From the NCBI GenBank assembly GCA_963753315.1, contig CAVWCI010000015.1:5518-69517 (forward strand): a stretch of 64,000 nt of DNA, given 5' to 3'. Under the pieces are notes generated by a model, which was not told where the DNA came from, ran no database searches, and saw only the letters and a program-made list of their open reading frames with translations. The translations under genes and the position numbers were made by a program. The DNA is from an uncultured Alphaproteobacteria bacterium (GTDB taxonomy: Bacteria; Pseudomonadota; Alphaproteobacteria; Geminicoccales; Geminicoccaceae). Every line of letters begins with the position of its first letter. Position 1 is the stretch's first letter. Shown here piece by piece: positions 23,870-33,674 of this stretch.

Positions 23870-24624
23870 CTACGATCGATCTCGCTCCGGCCGCGCCGCC
23901 CGCCAGGCGTACAGCACCACCGCGACGGCGCAGGCGAGGTTCAGGCTGGAGACGCCCTCGCGCATGGGGATCGCGACGCGCCGCTCGGCGCGCGCCAGCA
24001 GCGCCTCGCCGAGACCGCGCCGCTCCGAGCCGAACGCCAGGATGGCCCGGTCCATCGTCAGCCCGGCCGTCAGCGGCTCGCCGTCGGGGTCGATCGCCAG
24101 CAGCGGCCGGTCGGTGAAGGGCAGGGGATCCGCGCCTGCCACCGGCAGCGCGAAGTGCAGCCCGGCCGAGCCGCGCAGCGCCGCCGGCTGCCAGGGGTCG
24201 CGCGCGCCGGTCGTCAGCACCGCCGCGGCGCCGGCGGCAGCCGCCACCCGCACCACGGCGCCGAGATTGCCCGGATGCGATGGGTTCTCCAGCAGCACGA
24301 TCGGCGCCGGGTGCGGGCTCTCGAGGACGCGTCGCCGGGTCGATCTGCGGGCGCGCCGCGATCGCCAGCACGCCGGTCGCGGGCAATACCGGCGCGAGCC
24401 TCGCGAAGGTCGCGGGCGCAACCTCCTGGACGAGGTCGCCGCAGCCGATCGCAAAGGTCCGGCGCGAGATCCTGCGCCAGGCGCATCGTCGCCGGCCGGT
24501 CCGGCGTGCACGCGGCCTCGATCCTCGCGCCGAAGCGCAACGCGTGCTTGAGGGCATGGAACCCCTCCAGCACGACCACCGTCCGATCGCCGCGCGCCCG
24601 CGCGAATTGCTCGGTCAGGAGCAC
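23870..24624 (-). pseudogene. SpoU/TrmH-family RNA methyltransferase, frame-disrupted
   Basis: Three frames: MLLTEQFARARGDRTVVVLEGFHALKHALRFG; then GDLVQEVAPATFARLAPVLPATGVLAIA; then IVLLENPSHPGNLGAVVR...AFGSERRGL...IPMREGVSSLNLACAVAVVLY. Shifts are near 24455 and 24330. Confidence 0.75.
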
Positions 24625-24643
24625 GGGAGACCCGGCGCAGGGC

Positions 24644-25069
24644 TCATTGCCGATAGCGCGCCGGCGGCTGGGGGTTGTTGGCGGGATTGGTGTCGTGCCT
24701 GGCCAGGCGCGTCACCAGACCGCCGACCAGGGGCTGGAGGTGCTGCTCGAGCGCATCCGCCTTCTCCTTGGCGTAGACCTCCTCGCCGTCGACATGGAGG
24801 GTGAAGGACTTCAGGTACTTGGCCTTCTTGGCGGGGTTCTCGATCGTCGCCTTGGTCCAGGCATGCAGCGGGTATTTTTCCGGGCCATGCTTCTCCGCTT
24901 GCGCGACGTAGTCGGCGAACGCGTCGTACTGGCATCGCAAGGTCGCATTCTGCTCGCGCAGGATCGTGGGCAGCGGCTCGAGCAGCGGATCGTCCGGATC
25001 GTGCCGGGCGATCTCGGCAAGATGCTCGGCCAGGTCGATGCGCAGCTGGTACTGCCATTGCTCGCTCAT
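24644..25069 (-). CDS. hypothetical protein, 141 aa
   Basis: Intact ORF with coding-like composition (MSEQWQYQLRIDLAEHLAEIARHD...). No motif recognised. Confidence 0.55.
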   Translation of the reverse strand: MSEQWQYQLRIDLAEHLAEIARHDPDDPLLEPLPTILREQNATLRCQYDAFADYVAQAEKHGPEKYPLHAWTKATIENPAKKAKYLKSFTLHVDGEEVYAKEKADALEQHLQPLVGGLVTRLARHDTNPANNPQPPARYRQ

Positions 25070-25362
25070 GGTCCGCTCCCCCGCGATCGTGCCGTCTTCG
25101 CCGGCCCCCTTCTATGGGCCACGCCGGCGGCGGTTGGCAACAGTGCCGGAGCCCGGCGCGCAGGCCGATGCACGGCCGGACGCAGGCTCGACCGGCCGCC
25201 GGTGGCCACGCAGAAAGGCGGACCATGGTACGCACAGCAGGCGGCGGGCCGCGCACGGCCGGCCTGACCGGTTTCGTGCGGCTGGTGTTGTACGATCTTC
25301 GGAGGTAGAGTGCCTGACGGCTTCCTCCTCGGCGGAGGGCCCACTGGCTCGTCGAGAGGAGC

Positions 25363-27054
25363 ATGCCAGACGACCACCTCGTGAAGGCCTACGCCTCGCC
25401 AACGGCCGCGCCCTCCGCCAGGGGCCCCGGCATCCACAAATGGCTCAGCTGGATCCTCGCTGCAGGTGCGCTTGCGGGCTGCCTGCTGCTGTTCGATATC
25501 GGCGACATGCTGGCGAGAGTAGGCCGGCTGCGCGCGCACGACATCGTGCTGTTGCTCGTGCTGATGACCTGCGATCGCGTGCTGATGGCGCTGAAGTGGC
25601 GCCTGCTCCTCGAGATCGGCGGCGCCCACCTCGCACCATTCTCGGTGATCCGGATCTACTATCAGGGCTGGCTGGTCGGCGCGTTCCTGCCGACCCATCT
25701 CGGCGGCGACCTGTTGCGCGCCCATCTGGTCGCGCAGCGGACCGGCGTCGTGCATCCGGTGTTCGCCTCGATCGTCATGGAGAAGGTGATCGGGCTGATC
25801 TCGGCGGTGAACTGGGCGATCGTCGGCAGCGTCGTGCTCGGCTGCTGGCTGGAGCCCGGCCGCAGCGCGCTCTGGATCGGCCTCGGCATGCTCGCGGCGC
25901 TGGCCTTCAACGGCCTGTTCGTGGCCTCGCTGCACGATGCCGTGCACGACTTCGCCCTGCGCACCCTCGCCCGCTATCACCAGTCGCGGCTGATGGGCGT
26001 GCTGCACCGGTTCTACGGCGCCTACGCCGATTTCAGCCTGCATCCGCGCACGCTGCTCGCCAACCTGCTGCTGACCATGCTCGAGCATGGCCTGCAGCTG
26101 CTGATCCTCTACACGATCATGGCCAGCCTGAACATCGAGGTGGGCGCGCTGGTGTTCTTCGCGGCGGCCTCGCTGCAGACGCTGATCGTGCGCCTTCCGG
26201 TGACGCCCGATGGCTGGGGCACGGGCGAGCTGGCGGCGATCGCGATCTTCGGGCTCGTCGGCATCGGCGCGGCGGCGGCGTTCGCGACCAGCGTCATCAA
26301 CCGCTTCCTCGGCGTGGTGGCGACCCTGCCGGCGTGCGTGGCCCTGGTCATGCCGCGCGAGCTCCTGCTCTGGTCGGCGAGCGCGCCGCCGGAGTCGCAA
26401 TCCTCCGACCAGCCCGCGGGGCCGGCGCGCCGGCTGGCGATGTATCTTGGCGGCTGCCTGTGCTTCTCGCTCGGCGTCAAGCTTTTCATCGATGCCGACC
26501 TGGGGCTCGATCCATTCCATTCCATGACGATCGGCCTCGTCCAGACGGTCGGGGTGCCGTATCTGCAGATCGGCTTCATGGACGGCGTGGTCACCGCTGT
26601 CCTCCTGGTCGTCTGGATGGTCTGGAACCGCCGCCTGCCCCCGCTTGCGATCTTCCTCACCATGGTGATCATCGGCTTCCTGATCGACGCGTGGAACTGG
26701 CTCGCCCTCGACATCGGCGAGCTCGCCGGCTCGCGCGCCTTGCTGCTGTTCTCGGGGCTGCTGCTGAACGCCTACGGCTCCTCGCTGATCATCATGAGCG
26801 GGATCGGCATCCGGGTGGTCGATCTGGTGGCGCTGACCCTGGTCCGGAAGGTCGGCATGCGCTTCTACGTCGCCAAGCTCGCCCTCGAGGCGGGCTTCCT
26901 GCTCGCGGGCTTCCTGCTCGGCGGGCCGGTCGGCATCGCCGCCATCGCCTTCGTGTGCGTGGTCGGGCCGTTCATGGAGCCGCTGATCTGGGCCAACCGG
27001 CGCTTTCTCAAGCTGCCGGACTATGGTCTGCGCCAGGCCATGAGCCGCAGCTGA
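25363..27054 (+). CDS. polytopic membrane protein: UPF0104/lysyl-PG-synthase-TM-like (flippase-like) N-terminal half fused to a YczE/YitT-like C-terminal half
   Basis: Intact 563-aa ORF. The N-terminal half contains LMALKWRLLL...IYYQGWLVGAFLPTHLGGDLLRAHL. The C-terminal half contains YLGGCLCFSLGVKLFIDADLGLDPFHS...GIGIRVVDLV. Confidence 0.6.
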   Translation: MPDDHLVKAYASPTAAPSARGPGIHKWLSWILAAGALAGCLLLFDIGDMLARVGRLRAHDIVLLLVLMTCDRVLMALKWRLLLEIGGAHLAPFSVIRIYYQGWLVGAFLPTHLGGDLLRAHLVAQRTGVVHPVFASIVMEKVIGLISAVNWAIVGSVVLGCWLEPGRSALWIGLGMLAALAFNGLFVASLHDAVHDFALRTLARYHQSRLMGVLHRFYGAYADFSLHPRTLLANLLLTMLEHGLQLLILYTIMASLNIEVGALVFFAAASLQTLIVRLPVTPDGWGTGELAAIAIFGLVGIGAAAAFATSVINRFLGVVATLPACVALVMPRELLLWSASAPPESQSSDQPAGPARRLAMYLGGCLCFSLGVKLFIDADLGLDPFHSMTIGLVQTVGVPYLQIGFMDGVVTAVLLVVWMVWNRRLPPLAIFLTMVIIGFLIDAWNWLALDIGELAGSRALLLFSGLLLNAYGSSLIIMSGIGIRVVDLVALTLVRKVGMRFYVAKLALEAGFLLAGFLLGGPVGIAAIAFVCVVGPFMEPLIWANRRFLKLPDYGLRQAMSRS

Positions 27055-27092
27055 CGAGGAGGGCAGCTGCGGTTGCGAGCGGTGCTGGCGGC

Positions 27093-27545
27093 TCAGCCCG
27101 GCTCGCCCTCGTGCAGCATCTGCGCGATCGCCTCGAGCGCCAGCAGGTAGCCGCGCGGACCGAGGCCCGCGATCACGCCGGTCGCCGCCAGCGAGACGTA
27201 GGAGCGGTGATAGTGCGCCTCGCGCCGGTGCACGTTGGTGATGTGCACCTCGACGATCGGCCAGCGGAACACTTTCAGCGCATCCAGCAGTGCGATCGAG
27301 GTGAAGCTGTGGCCGGCCGGGTTGATCACGATGCCCGAGGCCGCGCCGAGCGCCTCGTGCACCCAGTCGATCAGCGTGCCCTCGCTGTTCGACTGCCGGC
27401 ATTCGACGGCGATGCCGAGCTGCGCCGCCCGCTCGCGGCACATCGCCTCGATCGCGGCCAGCGTGGTGGTGCCGTAGAGATGCGGCTCGCGGATGCCGAG
27501 AAGGTTCAGGTTGGCGCCGTTCAGCACGAAGACGGGCTTGCTCAT
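27093..27545 (-). CDS. aroQ: type II 3-dehydroquinate dehydratase
   Basis: 150-aa ORF: VLNGANLNLLGIREPHLYG...QSNSEGTLIDWVH...IVINPAGHSFTSIALLDAL...VEVHITNVHRRE. Confidence 0.93.
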   Translation of the reverse strand: MSKPVFVLNGANLNLLGIREPHLYGTTTLAAIEAMCRERAAQLGIAVECRQSNSEGTLIDWVHEALGAASGIVINPAGHSFTSIALLDALKVFRWPIVEVHITNVHRREAHYHRSYVSLAATGVIAGLGPRGYLLALEAIAQMLHEGEPG

Positions 27546-27698
27546 GCGGCTTGCTCCCTGGCTGCGATGTCCTGGCGGTCCGGATCGGACAACTCCGGAA
27601 GCACTAGAAGCAAAGCCTTCGCGGGGCGCAAGCCGTCCCGAAGCGCAGGACGGGCCGATCCGGGCGTGGCATGATCGCCGCCCCAGGGCACCGAGGCG

Positions 27699-28586
27699 AT
27701 GCCCTCAGGCCGGGAGGAGCCAGTGTCGCAAGGTCAGCCAGGTGCGGATGCCGCACCGCGTGCACCGCAGCGCCGCGCGCCGGCCGGTGCTGCGGACTGC
27801 CACATGCACGTGTTCGGTCCGGCCGCGCGCTATCCCTGGAGCCCGGCGCGCGGCTACACGCCGGCGGATGCGCTGCTCGAGGACTACGCGGCGGTCCAGG
27901 CGCGGCTCGGGCTGGAGCGCGTGGTGGTGGTGCAGCCGAGCGTCTACGGCACCGACAACCGCTGCACCCGCGATGCGGTGGTCCGGCTGGGGCCGCGCGG
28001 ACGCGGCGTCGCCGTGCTGCCGGCCGAGGTTTCCCGGGCGGAGCTGGCGCGGCTCGATGCCGAGGGCTTTCGCGGCGCGCGCCTCAACCTGGTCAGCGCG
28101 GGCGGCGTACCGCTCGACGCGCTCGATCCGCTGGCGCGAAAGGTCGCGGCGCATGGCTGGCACCTGCAGCTCTTCGCGGGCCCCGACCTGCTGCCTGCGC
28201 ATGCCGCGAGGCTGGCGGCGCTGCCGGTCGATCTCGTGTTCGACCACTTCGGCCCGCTCGATCGCGCCAAGGGGGTCGAGCAGCCGGCGATGCGAGCGCT
28301 GCTCGACCTGCTCGGGCGCGGCCGGGCCTGGGCAAAGATCTCGGGCGCCTACCGGGTCGATCACGGCGCCTCGCCCTGGCCGGGCGCAAAGCCGCTCGCA
28401 AGGCTGCTGCTGCAGGAGGCGCCGGACCGGCTGGTCTGGGGCACCGACTGGCCGCACCCCGACCTTTCCGGCCCCATGCCCGATGCCGGCGACCTCCTCG
28501 ATGCGCTCTGGGACTGGTGCGGCGACGAGGCGCTCTACCGCAAAATCCTGGTCGACAACCCCGCCCGCCTGTACGGCTTCGCCTGA
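27699..28586 (+). CDS. amidohydrolase-2 family protein (LigI-like lactonase/hydrolase fold)
   Basis: 295-aa ORF containing DCHMHVF, QPSVYGTDN and WGTDWPHP. The exact start is uncertain. Confidence 0.7.
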   Translation: MPSGREEPVSQGQPGADAAPRAPQRRAPAGAADCHMHVFGPAARYPWSPARGYTPADALLEDYAAVQARLGLERVVVVQPSVYGTDNRCTRDAVVRLGPRGRGVAVLPAEVSRAELARLDAEGFRGARLNLVSAGGVPLDALDPLARKVAAHGWHLQLFAGPDLLPAHAARLAALPVDLVFDHFGPLDRAKGVEQPAMRALLDLLGRGRAWAKISGAYRVDHGASPWPGAKPLARLLLQEAPDRLVWGTDWPHPDLSGPMPDAGDLLDALWDWCGDEALYRKILVDNPARLYGFA

Positions 28587-28636
28587 CTCAGTCCGCGTGC
28601 GCTGCGTCCGCTGATGGGGGGCGCGCGGCCGAGTTG

Positions 28637-29173
28637 CTACCCTGCCCGGCGCGTCGCTGCCGCGGCGGCTGGCTTTGTGGCCTGCTGGCCCGGTCTGGCG
28701 GCGGAGCCGAGCAAGCGCTCGCCGCTGGTGTCGACCAGGGTGAGCTGCGCGCCGACACCGCACGCGGCCAGCGCCGCATGCAGCCGTTCGACCTTGGAAC
28801 CGCGGTATCTCGGATCGACAAGGCGCCGCACGTCCTTCTCGTCGACCCAGAGACGGCGCTCAGCTCCGATTTGCTGATCCCGTCACGCCGCATCGCGCTG
28901 AAGAGCGCTGCCTTGTACGCAAGCAACGGCGGAAGAGGCACAGCACGCATGCCGCGGCGCAATGGCGTCGGTGCGGGAATGTCCTCCCCGTCGGCGATCC
29001 GCGCCGCCACGGCCTCGGCCAGACAATCGGCTGCCTCCGCGAGCGCTTCCCCCTCGTCGTCGGCGTCGGTGAGGGCCTCCGGAAAGTCCGGAAAGCGGAC
29101 CTGGACCCGCACCTTCATCGTCCCGCATCAACGTCGCGGGCCACGCCAGAACCGTCTCCTCCGTTCGCGCCAT
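28637..29173 (-). pseudogene. hicB: HicB-family antitoxin, frame-disrupted
   Basis: Three frames: MARTEETVLAWPATLMRDDEG; then VRVQVRFPDFPEALTDADDEGEALAEAADCLAEAVAARIADGEDIPAP...GISKSEL; then VRRLVDPRYRGSKVERLHAALAACGVGAQLTLV. Shifts are near 29110 and 28850. Confidence 0.6.
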
Positions 29174-29181
29174 TCGTTCCC

Positions 29182-29345
29182 TCAGCGATCGAGGTCCCTT
29201 GGATCGAGGCCCAGCTGGCTTCTGCTACTGCCTTCACGGTTCGGTAACCTTCGGGAGCGTAAACTCTTCTTCGCGTGGTCCATGAGACCGTGGCAATCCA
29301 TCCCGGCAGTGCCGGGCGGGCGGGCGGATTCCCAGGATCGCATGG
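29182..29345 (-). pseudogene. hicA: possible HicA-family toxin remnant
   Basis: Hand translation across frames yields the HicA-like pieces GWIATVS, SHGLMDHAKK, RVYAPEG, TVKAVAEAS and QLGLDPRDL. The stop is 8 nt upstream of the hicB start. Reconstruction needs several frame changes, so the call is weak. Confidence 0.35.
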
Positions 29346-29501
29346 ACCAGCAAGCACGCTGACGCAAAGGGCTTGACGAACGGTTAAGATCCCTCGGGCG
29401 CCGATGCAGTTGCCACGAGGAAGTCCGCGGGCGGCCGCTGGTCGACTGCCTGCAACGGGATCGGGCCGCCCGCCGGCGGCCCGCTCGTGGTGGCGAGGCG
29501 C

Positions 29502-30516
29502 TCAGCCCTCGGGCCGCGCGATGCCGACCTCGTCCGGCGAGATCGCCGCCTTGCCGCCGTCGTAGAGCAGCCAGGCGTTCTGGCGCACCATGCCGATCGC
29601 CCGCTCCTGCGCGTCGTCGCCCCAATACGGCGTGAACAGCGCGCCGCGGTCCGCCGCATAGTCCTTGAGCGCCTCGGACCCGGCGATCTTCTCCTGCCAG
29701 ATGGCGCCCATCGTCTCCAGGACCTCGGGCGGCACGTCGTTGGGCGCCCAGATGCCGAAGTAGTTGGTCGCGAGCGAGATGTCGGGCAGCACCTCGGTCA
29801 CCGGCGGGATCGTGCCGTAGCCGGCAAGCTCCAGCGGCTCGGTGCCGATCACGGCGAGCGGCCGCAGCCGCTCGGCGCGGATCATCTCGGCCTGCTCGAC
29901 GGCCAGCTGGGTCGTGACCTCGGTCTCGCCGGCGACCGTGGCGATCACCGCCGGATTGCCGCCGTCGTAGGTGACGTGCTTGTACTCGACGCCGGCCTGC
30001 TGGGCGATCGCCTCCATGGCGTTGTGGCCGGCCGAGGACAGCCCGGCGGTCGCGACCGACACCTGGCCCGGATTGGCCTTCATGGCGTCGAGCAGCTGGC
30101 CCACGTCCTGGTAGGGCGCATCCGGATTGACGCCGATCACCGCGACGTTGGCGACATCCAGGAACAGCGCCCAGTCCTCGAGCTCTGATGTCGAGCATGC
30201 CGAGCACCGGATAGGTGCCGAGATCGGATGCGGCGCCGGCCGCCCAGGTGTAGCCGTCGTGCGGCGCGTCCCAGGCGCTCTTGGTGCCGACCGACCCCGA
30301 CGCGCCCGGCTGGTTGACGATCACGACGCTCTGGCCCAGGGCCTCCTCGATCTCGCCGGCGACGACGCGGGTCACCTGGTCGGTCGAGCCGCCGGCCGCC
30401 CACGGCACGATGATCGTGATCGGCTGCTCGGGCTGCCAGGCATAGTCGGCCATCGCGCCGGTGCTGGCCCCCAGCGCCAGCGCCGCGGCCATGGCAGCGC
30501 CCGTCGCGTACCTCAT
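29502..30516 (-). pseudogene. Bug/TctC-family tripartite tricarboxylate transporter substrate-binding protein, frame-disrupted
   Basis: MRYATGAAMAAALALGASTGAMADYAWQPEQPITIIVPWAAGGSTDQVTR... continues in ORF 29502..30140 (VIGVNPDAPYQDVGQLLDAMKANPGQVSVATAGLSSAGH...). The shift is near 30185. Confidence 0.8.
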
Positions 30517-30605
30517 CTCGCCCCCCTGTCCGTTGCACCATCCGGCCCGCACCATGCGGCCTGCCCGGCCGCCGGTCAACCGAGCCCGCGCAGACGCGGC
30601 GAGGC

Positions 30606-33066
30606 TCACGGGATCGGGCAGGGCTCGGCCGCCCAGATCTCGGCGGCGTACTCCGCGATCGTCCGGTCGCTCGAGAATTTTCCCGAGCGGGCGACGTTGA
30701 CGATCGCCTTGCGGGTCCACTCTTCGGGGTCGGCGTAAAGCGCTCCGAGCCGGGCCTGCGCGGCCGCGTAGGCCGAAAGGTCGGCCAGGTGCATGTAGTA
30801 GTCGCCCTCGGTCAGCAAGGTGTCCCAGATCGGCTGAAAGATCCCGGGCTCGTCGGGGTTGAAGTGGCCCGCGCGGATCAGGTCGAGCGCGGCCCGGGTC
30901 TCGGGCTCGTTGTGGTAGTGCCACCAGGGGCTGTACCAGCCGCGGCTGGCCTCCACCTGCTCCGTGCTCAGCCCGAACAGGAAGACGTTGTCCTCGCCCG
31001 CCTCCTCGGCGATCTCGATCGTCGCCCCGTCGCGCGTGCCCACGGTCAAGGCGCCGTTCATCATCAGCTTCATGTTGCTCGTGCCGCTCGCCTCGTAGCC
31101 TGCCGTGGAGATCTGCTCCGAGACGTCGCTCGCCGGGATCAGCCGCTGCGCCACCGTCACGCCGTAGTTCGGCACGAACACGAGGTTGATCCGGCCGCGC
31201 GTGGCGGGCTCCGCGGCGAGCGCCGCCGCGATGCTGTTGGCGAGCTTGATGATCAGCTTGGCCAGGCGATAGGCGGGTGCTGCCTTGCCGGCGAGGAAGA
31301 AGGTGCGCGGCGGCACATCGAGGCCCGGATCGGCGCGCAGGCGGTTGTAGAGCACGACGATGTGCAAAAGGTTCAGGATCTGCCGCTTGTACGCGTGAAT
31401 GCGCTTGATCTGGCTGTCGAACATGGTCTCGGGGTCGACCACCTGACCGGTCGTCTGCTTCAGCCAGTCGACGAAGCGGACCTTGGCGTCGCGCCTGGCC
31501 TTCTGGAAGCTCTTGCGGAACGCGGCGTCGTCCGCGAGCGGCAGGAGGCCCTCGAGACGGTCGAGGTCCGTGACCCAGCGGTCGCCGATCGCCTCGGTGA
31601 TCAGGCGTGCTAGCGGCGGATTGGCCAGCAGCAGCCAGCGCCGCGGCGTGACGCCGTTGGTCTTGTTGGTGAAGCGCTCCGGCCAGATCTCGGCGAAGTC
31701 CTTCAAAAGACGCGTGCGCAGCAGCTCCGAATGGATCGCGGCGACCCCGTTGGTGCGATGCGCGCCGACCACGGCAAGATGCGCCATGCGGACCTGCCGG
31801 GCCGGCCCTTCCTCGATCAGGCTCATGCGGCGCAGCCGCTCGGCATCGCCCGGATGGCGCGAGCTGACGTCGTCCAGAAAGCGGCGATTGATCTCGTAGA
31901 CGATCTCCAGCAGACGCGGCGCCAGGATCTCGAACATCCCGACCGGCCACTTCTCGAGCGCCTCGGGCAGCAGGGTGTGGTTGGTGTAGGCGAGCGTGCC
32001 GACCGTGAGCTTCCAGGCCTCGTCCCAGCCGAGATGGGCCTCGTCCAGCAGGATGCGCATGAGCTCCGCCACCGCCATCGCCGGATGCGTGTCGTTGAGC
32101 TGGATCGCGACCTTGTCGGGCAGGGCGTGCCAGTCGTTGCTGCGGCGAAAGCGCCTGACGATGTCGGCCAGCGAGCAGCAGACCAGAAAATACTCCTGCA
32201 GGAAGCGCAGCGCATGGCCTTCGACGGTGGAATCGTCGGGATACAGCACGCGCGTGACCGTCTCGGCCGCCATGCGGTCGACCAGCGCGCCGACGAAGTC
32301 GCCGGTGCTGAACTCGCCGAAGTCGAAGTAGTCGGGCGAGGCAGCACTCCCAGAGCCGCAGGCTGTTGATCGCCTTGCCGCCGTAGCCGACGACCGGCCG
32401 GTCGTAGGGCACGCCGAGCAGGCAGGAGGGGCGGTCGCGCACCACGCGCAGGCGGCCGGCCTCCAGCGCGAACGAGCACGCGATCGGCACGTGCACGGTC
32501 TCGCGCGGGCGCACGACCTCCCAGGGATCGGGCCGCAGCAGCCAGGGATCGGGCCGCTCGACCTGCCAGCCGTTGTCGATCTCCTGGCGAAAGATGCCGT
32601 ACTCGTAGCGCAGGCCGTAGCCGGTCGCCGGGATCTGCATGGTCGCGAGCGAATCGATGAAGCAGGCGGCCAGGCGCCCGAGCCCGCCATTGCCGAGCCC
32701 GGCATCCGGCTCGGCCTCGAGCACCTCGGCCCAGTCCTGGCGCGGGTCCGAGCCGAGGTCCTTGCGCACCAGCGCCTCGAGCCCGAGGTTGATGATGTTG
32801 TTGGCGAGCGAGCGGCCGAGCAGGAACTCCATCGAGAGGTAGTAGACCCGCTTGGCGTTCGCCTGGTCCTGCGTCTTCTGGGTCAGCAGCCAGCGCTGGC
32901 TCAGGACGTCGCGCAGCGAGCGCGCCACGGCCTCGAAGCGCTCGCGCTGATCGGCGTTCTCGAGGCTCACCACGTGGTCGAAGACCAGGTGGCGGTCGTA
33001 GTCGTCCTCGCCGCGCAGCCGCACCGGGCCGACCTCGTACTGCTTCAGGATGTCGTCGTTGGCCAT
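30606..33066 (-). pseudogene. glgP: glycogen/maltodextrin phosphorylase, frame-disrupted
   Basis: The N-terminus (MANDDILKQYEV...YYLSMEFLLGRSL...GLGNGGLGRLAACFIDS) is in the frame of ORF 29182..33255. The remainder is in ORF 30606..32705 (...TNHTLLPEALEKW...EASGTSNMKLMMNGALTVGTRDGATIE). There is a single shift near 32345. Confidence 0.9.
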
Positions 33067-33118
33067 GGTCTCACAACGCAGTATGCCGCCGCCCTGATCG
33101 ACGCGGCCATGGAGATGC

Positions 33119-33508
33119 CTACTCTGCTGCGACGCTCGAAGGCGGCTCGACGACCTTGGTCGCGAAATTGGCCGGCGAGACGATCTCCAGCACCTCGAAG
33201 TCGTCCGAGCAGGCGATCTCGCGGTGCTTGATCGCGGGCGTCTGCAGGATCGCATCGCCCTTGCGGATCGTGCGCTGCCCTTGCCCCTCGTACTCGAAGG
33301 TCGCCCAGCCGTTCAGCACGAGCACGAACTGGAAGTCGCACTCGTGGATGTGCCAGTGCTGCACCTGGTCCTTCTGCTTCTTGCCGTTGTGCCGGATGAT
33401 GTGGGCGACGTAGTCCCCCTTGGTCCCGTCCTTGATGCCGAGGTCGCGGTAATCGAAAATCTCGCGCAGGCCGGGCGCCCACTTGGCATCGCCCGCCTGG
33501 TTGTGCAC
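33119..33508 (-). CDS. cupin-domain protein
   Basis: 129-aa ORF with a GTG start and cupin motifs HWHIHECDFQFVLVLNGWATFEYEG and GDAILQTPAIKHREI. Confidence 0.7.
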   Translation of the reverse strand: MHNQAGDAKWAPGLREIFDYRDLGIKDGTKGDYVAHIIRHNGKKQKDQVQHWHIHECDFQFVLVLNGWATFEYEGQGQRTIRKGDAILQTPAIKHREIACSDDFEVLEIVSPANFATKVVEPPSSVAAE

Positions 33509-33591
33509 GAAGTCCCACGCCTTCGTCCCTTTGCCGCCATCATCGCCTCCATTGCGTTCGGCCCGTCGTCACGGACCGTCCCTGCAACCCG

Positions 33592-33637
33592 CAGTTCACA
33601 CGACCGTGACGCCGCTGTCCACCGAAAGCACCTGGCC
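33592..33637. repeat. left copy of a perfect 46-bp direct repeat (orphan copy of the SDR gene 3-prime end)
   Basis: CAGTTCACACGACCGTGACGCCGCTGTCCACCGAAAGCACCTGGCC is identical to 35165-35210. Plus-strand ORFs 33224..33751 and 34947..35624 both contain SSHDRDAAVHRKHLA, which confirms the repeat independently. Confidence 0.92.
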
Positions 33638-33674
33638 ACTGCCTGCTCGGCGCTACGCCTGAGCCGCCGCATCG

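Noticed and set aside
29182-33255. 1357-aa ORF on the minus strand
   Set aside because: A composite of the glgP N-terminal frame, the tctC-like N-terminal frame and out-of-frame stretches joined only because stops are rare at this GC content. It is not a single protein.
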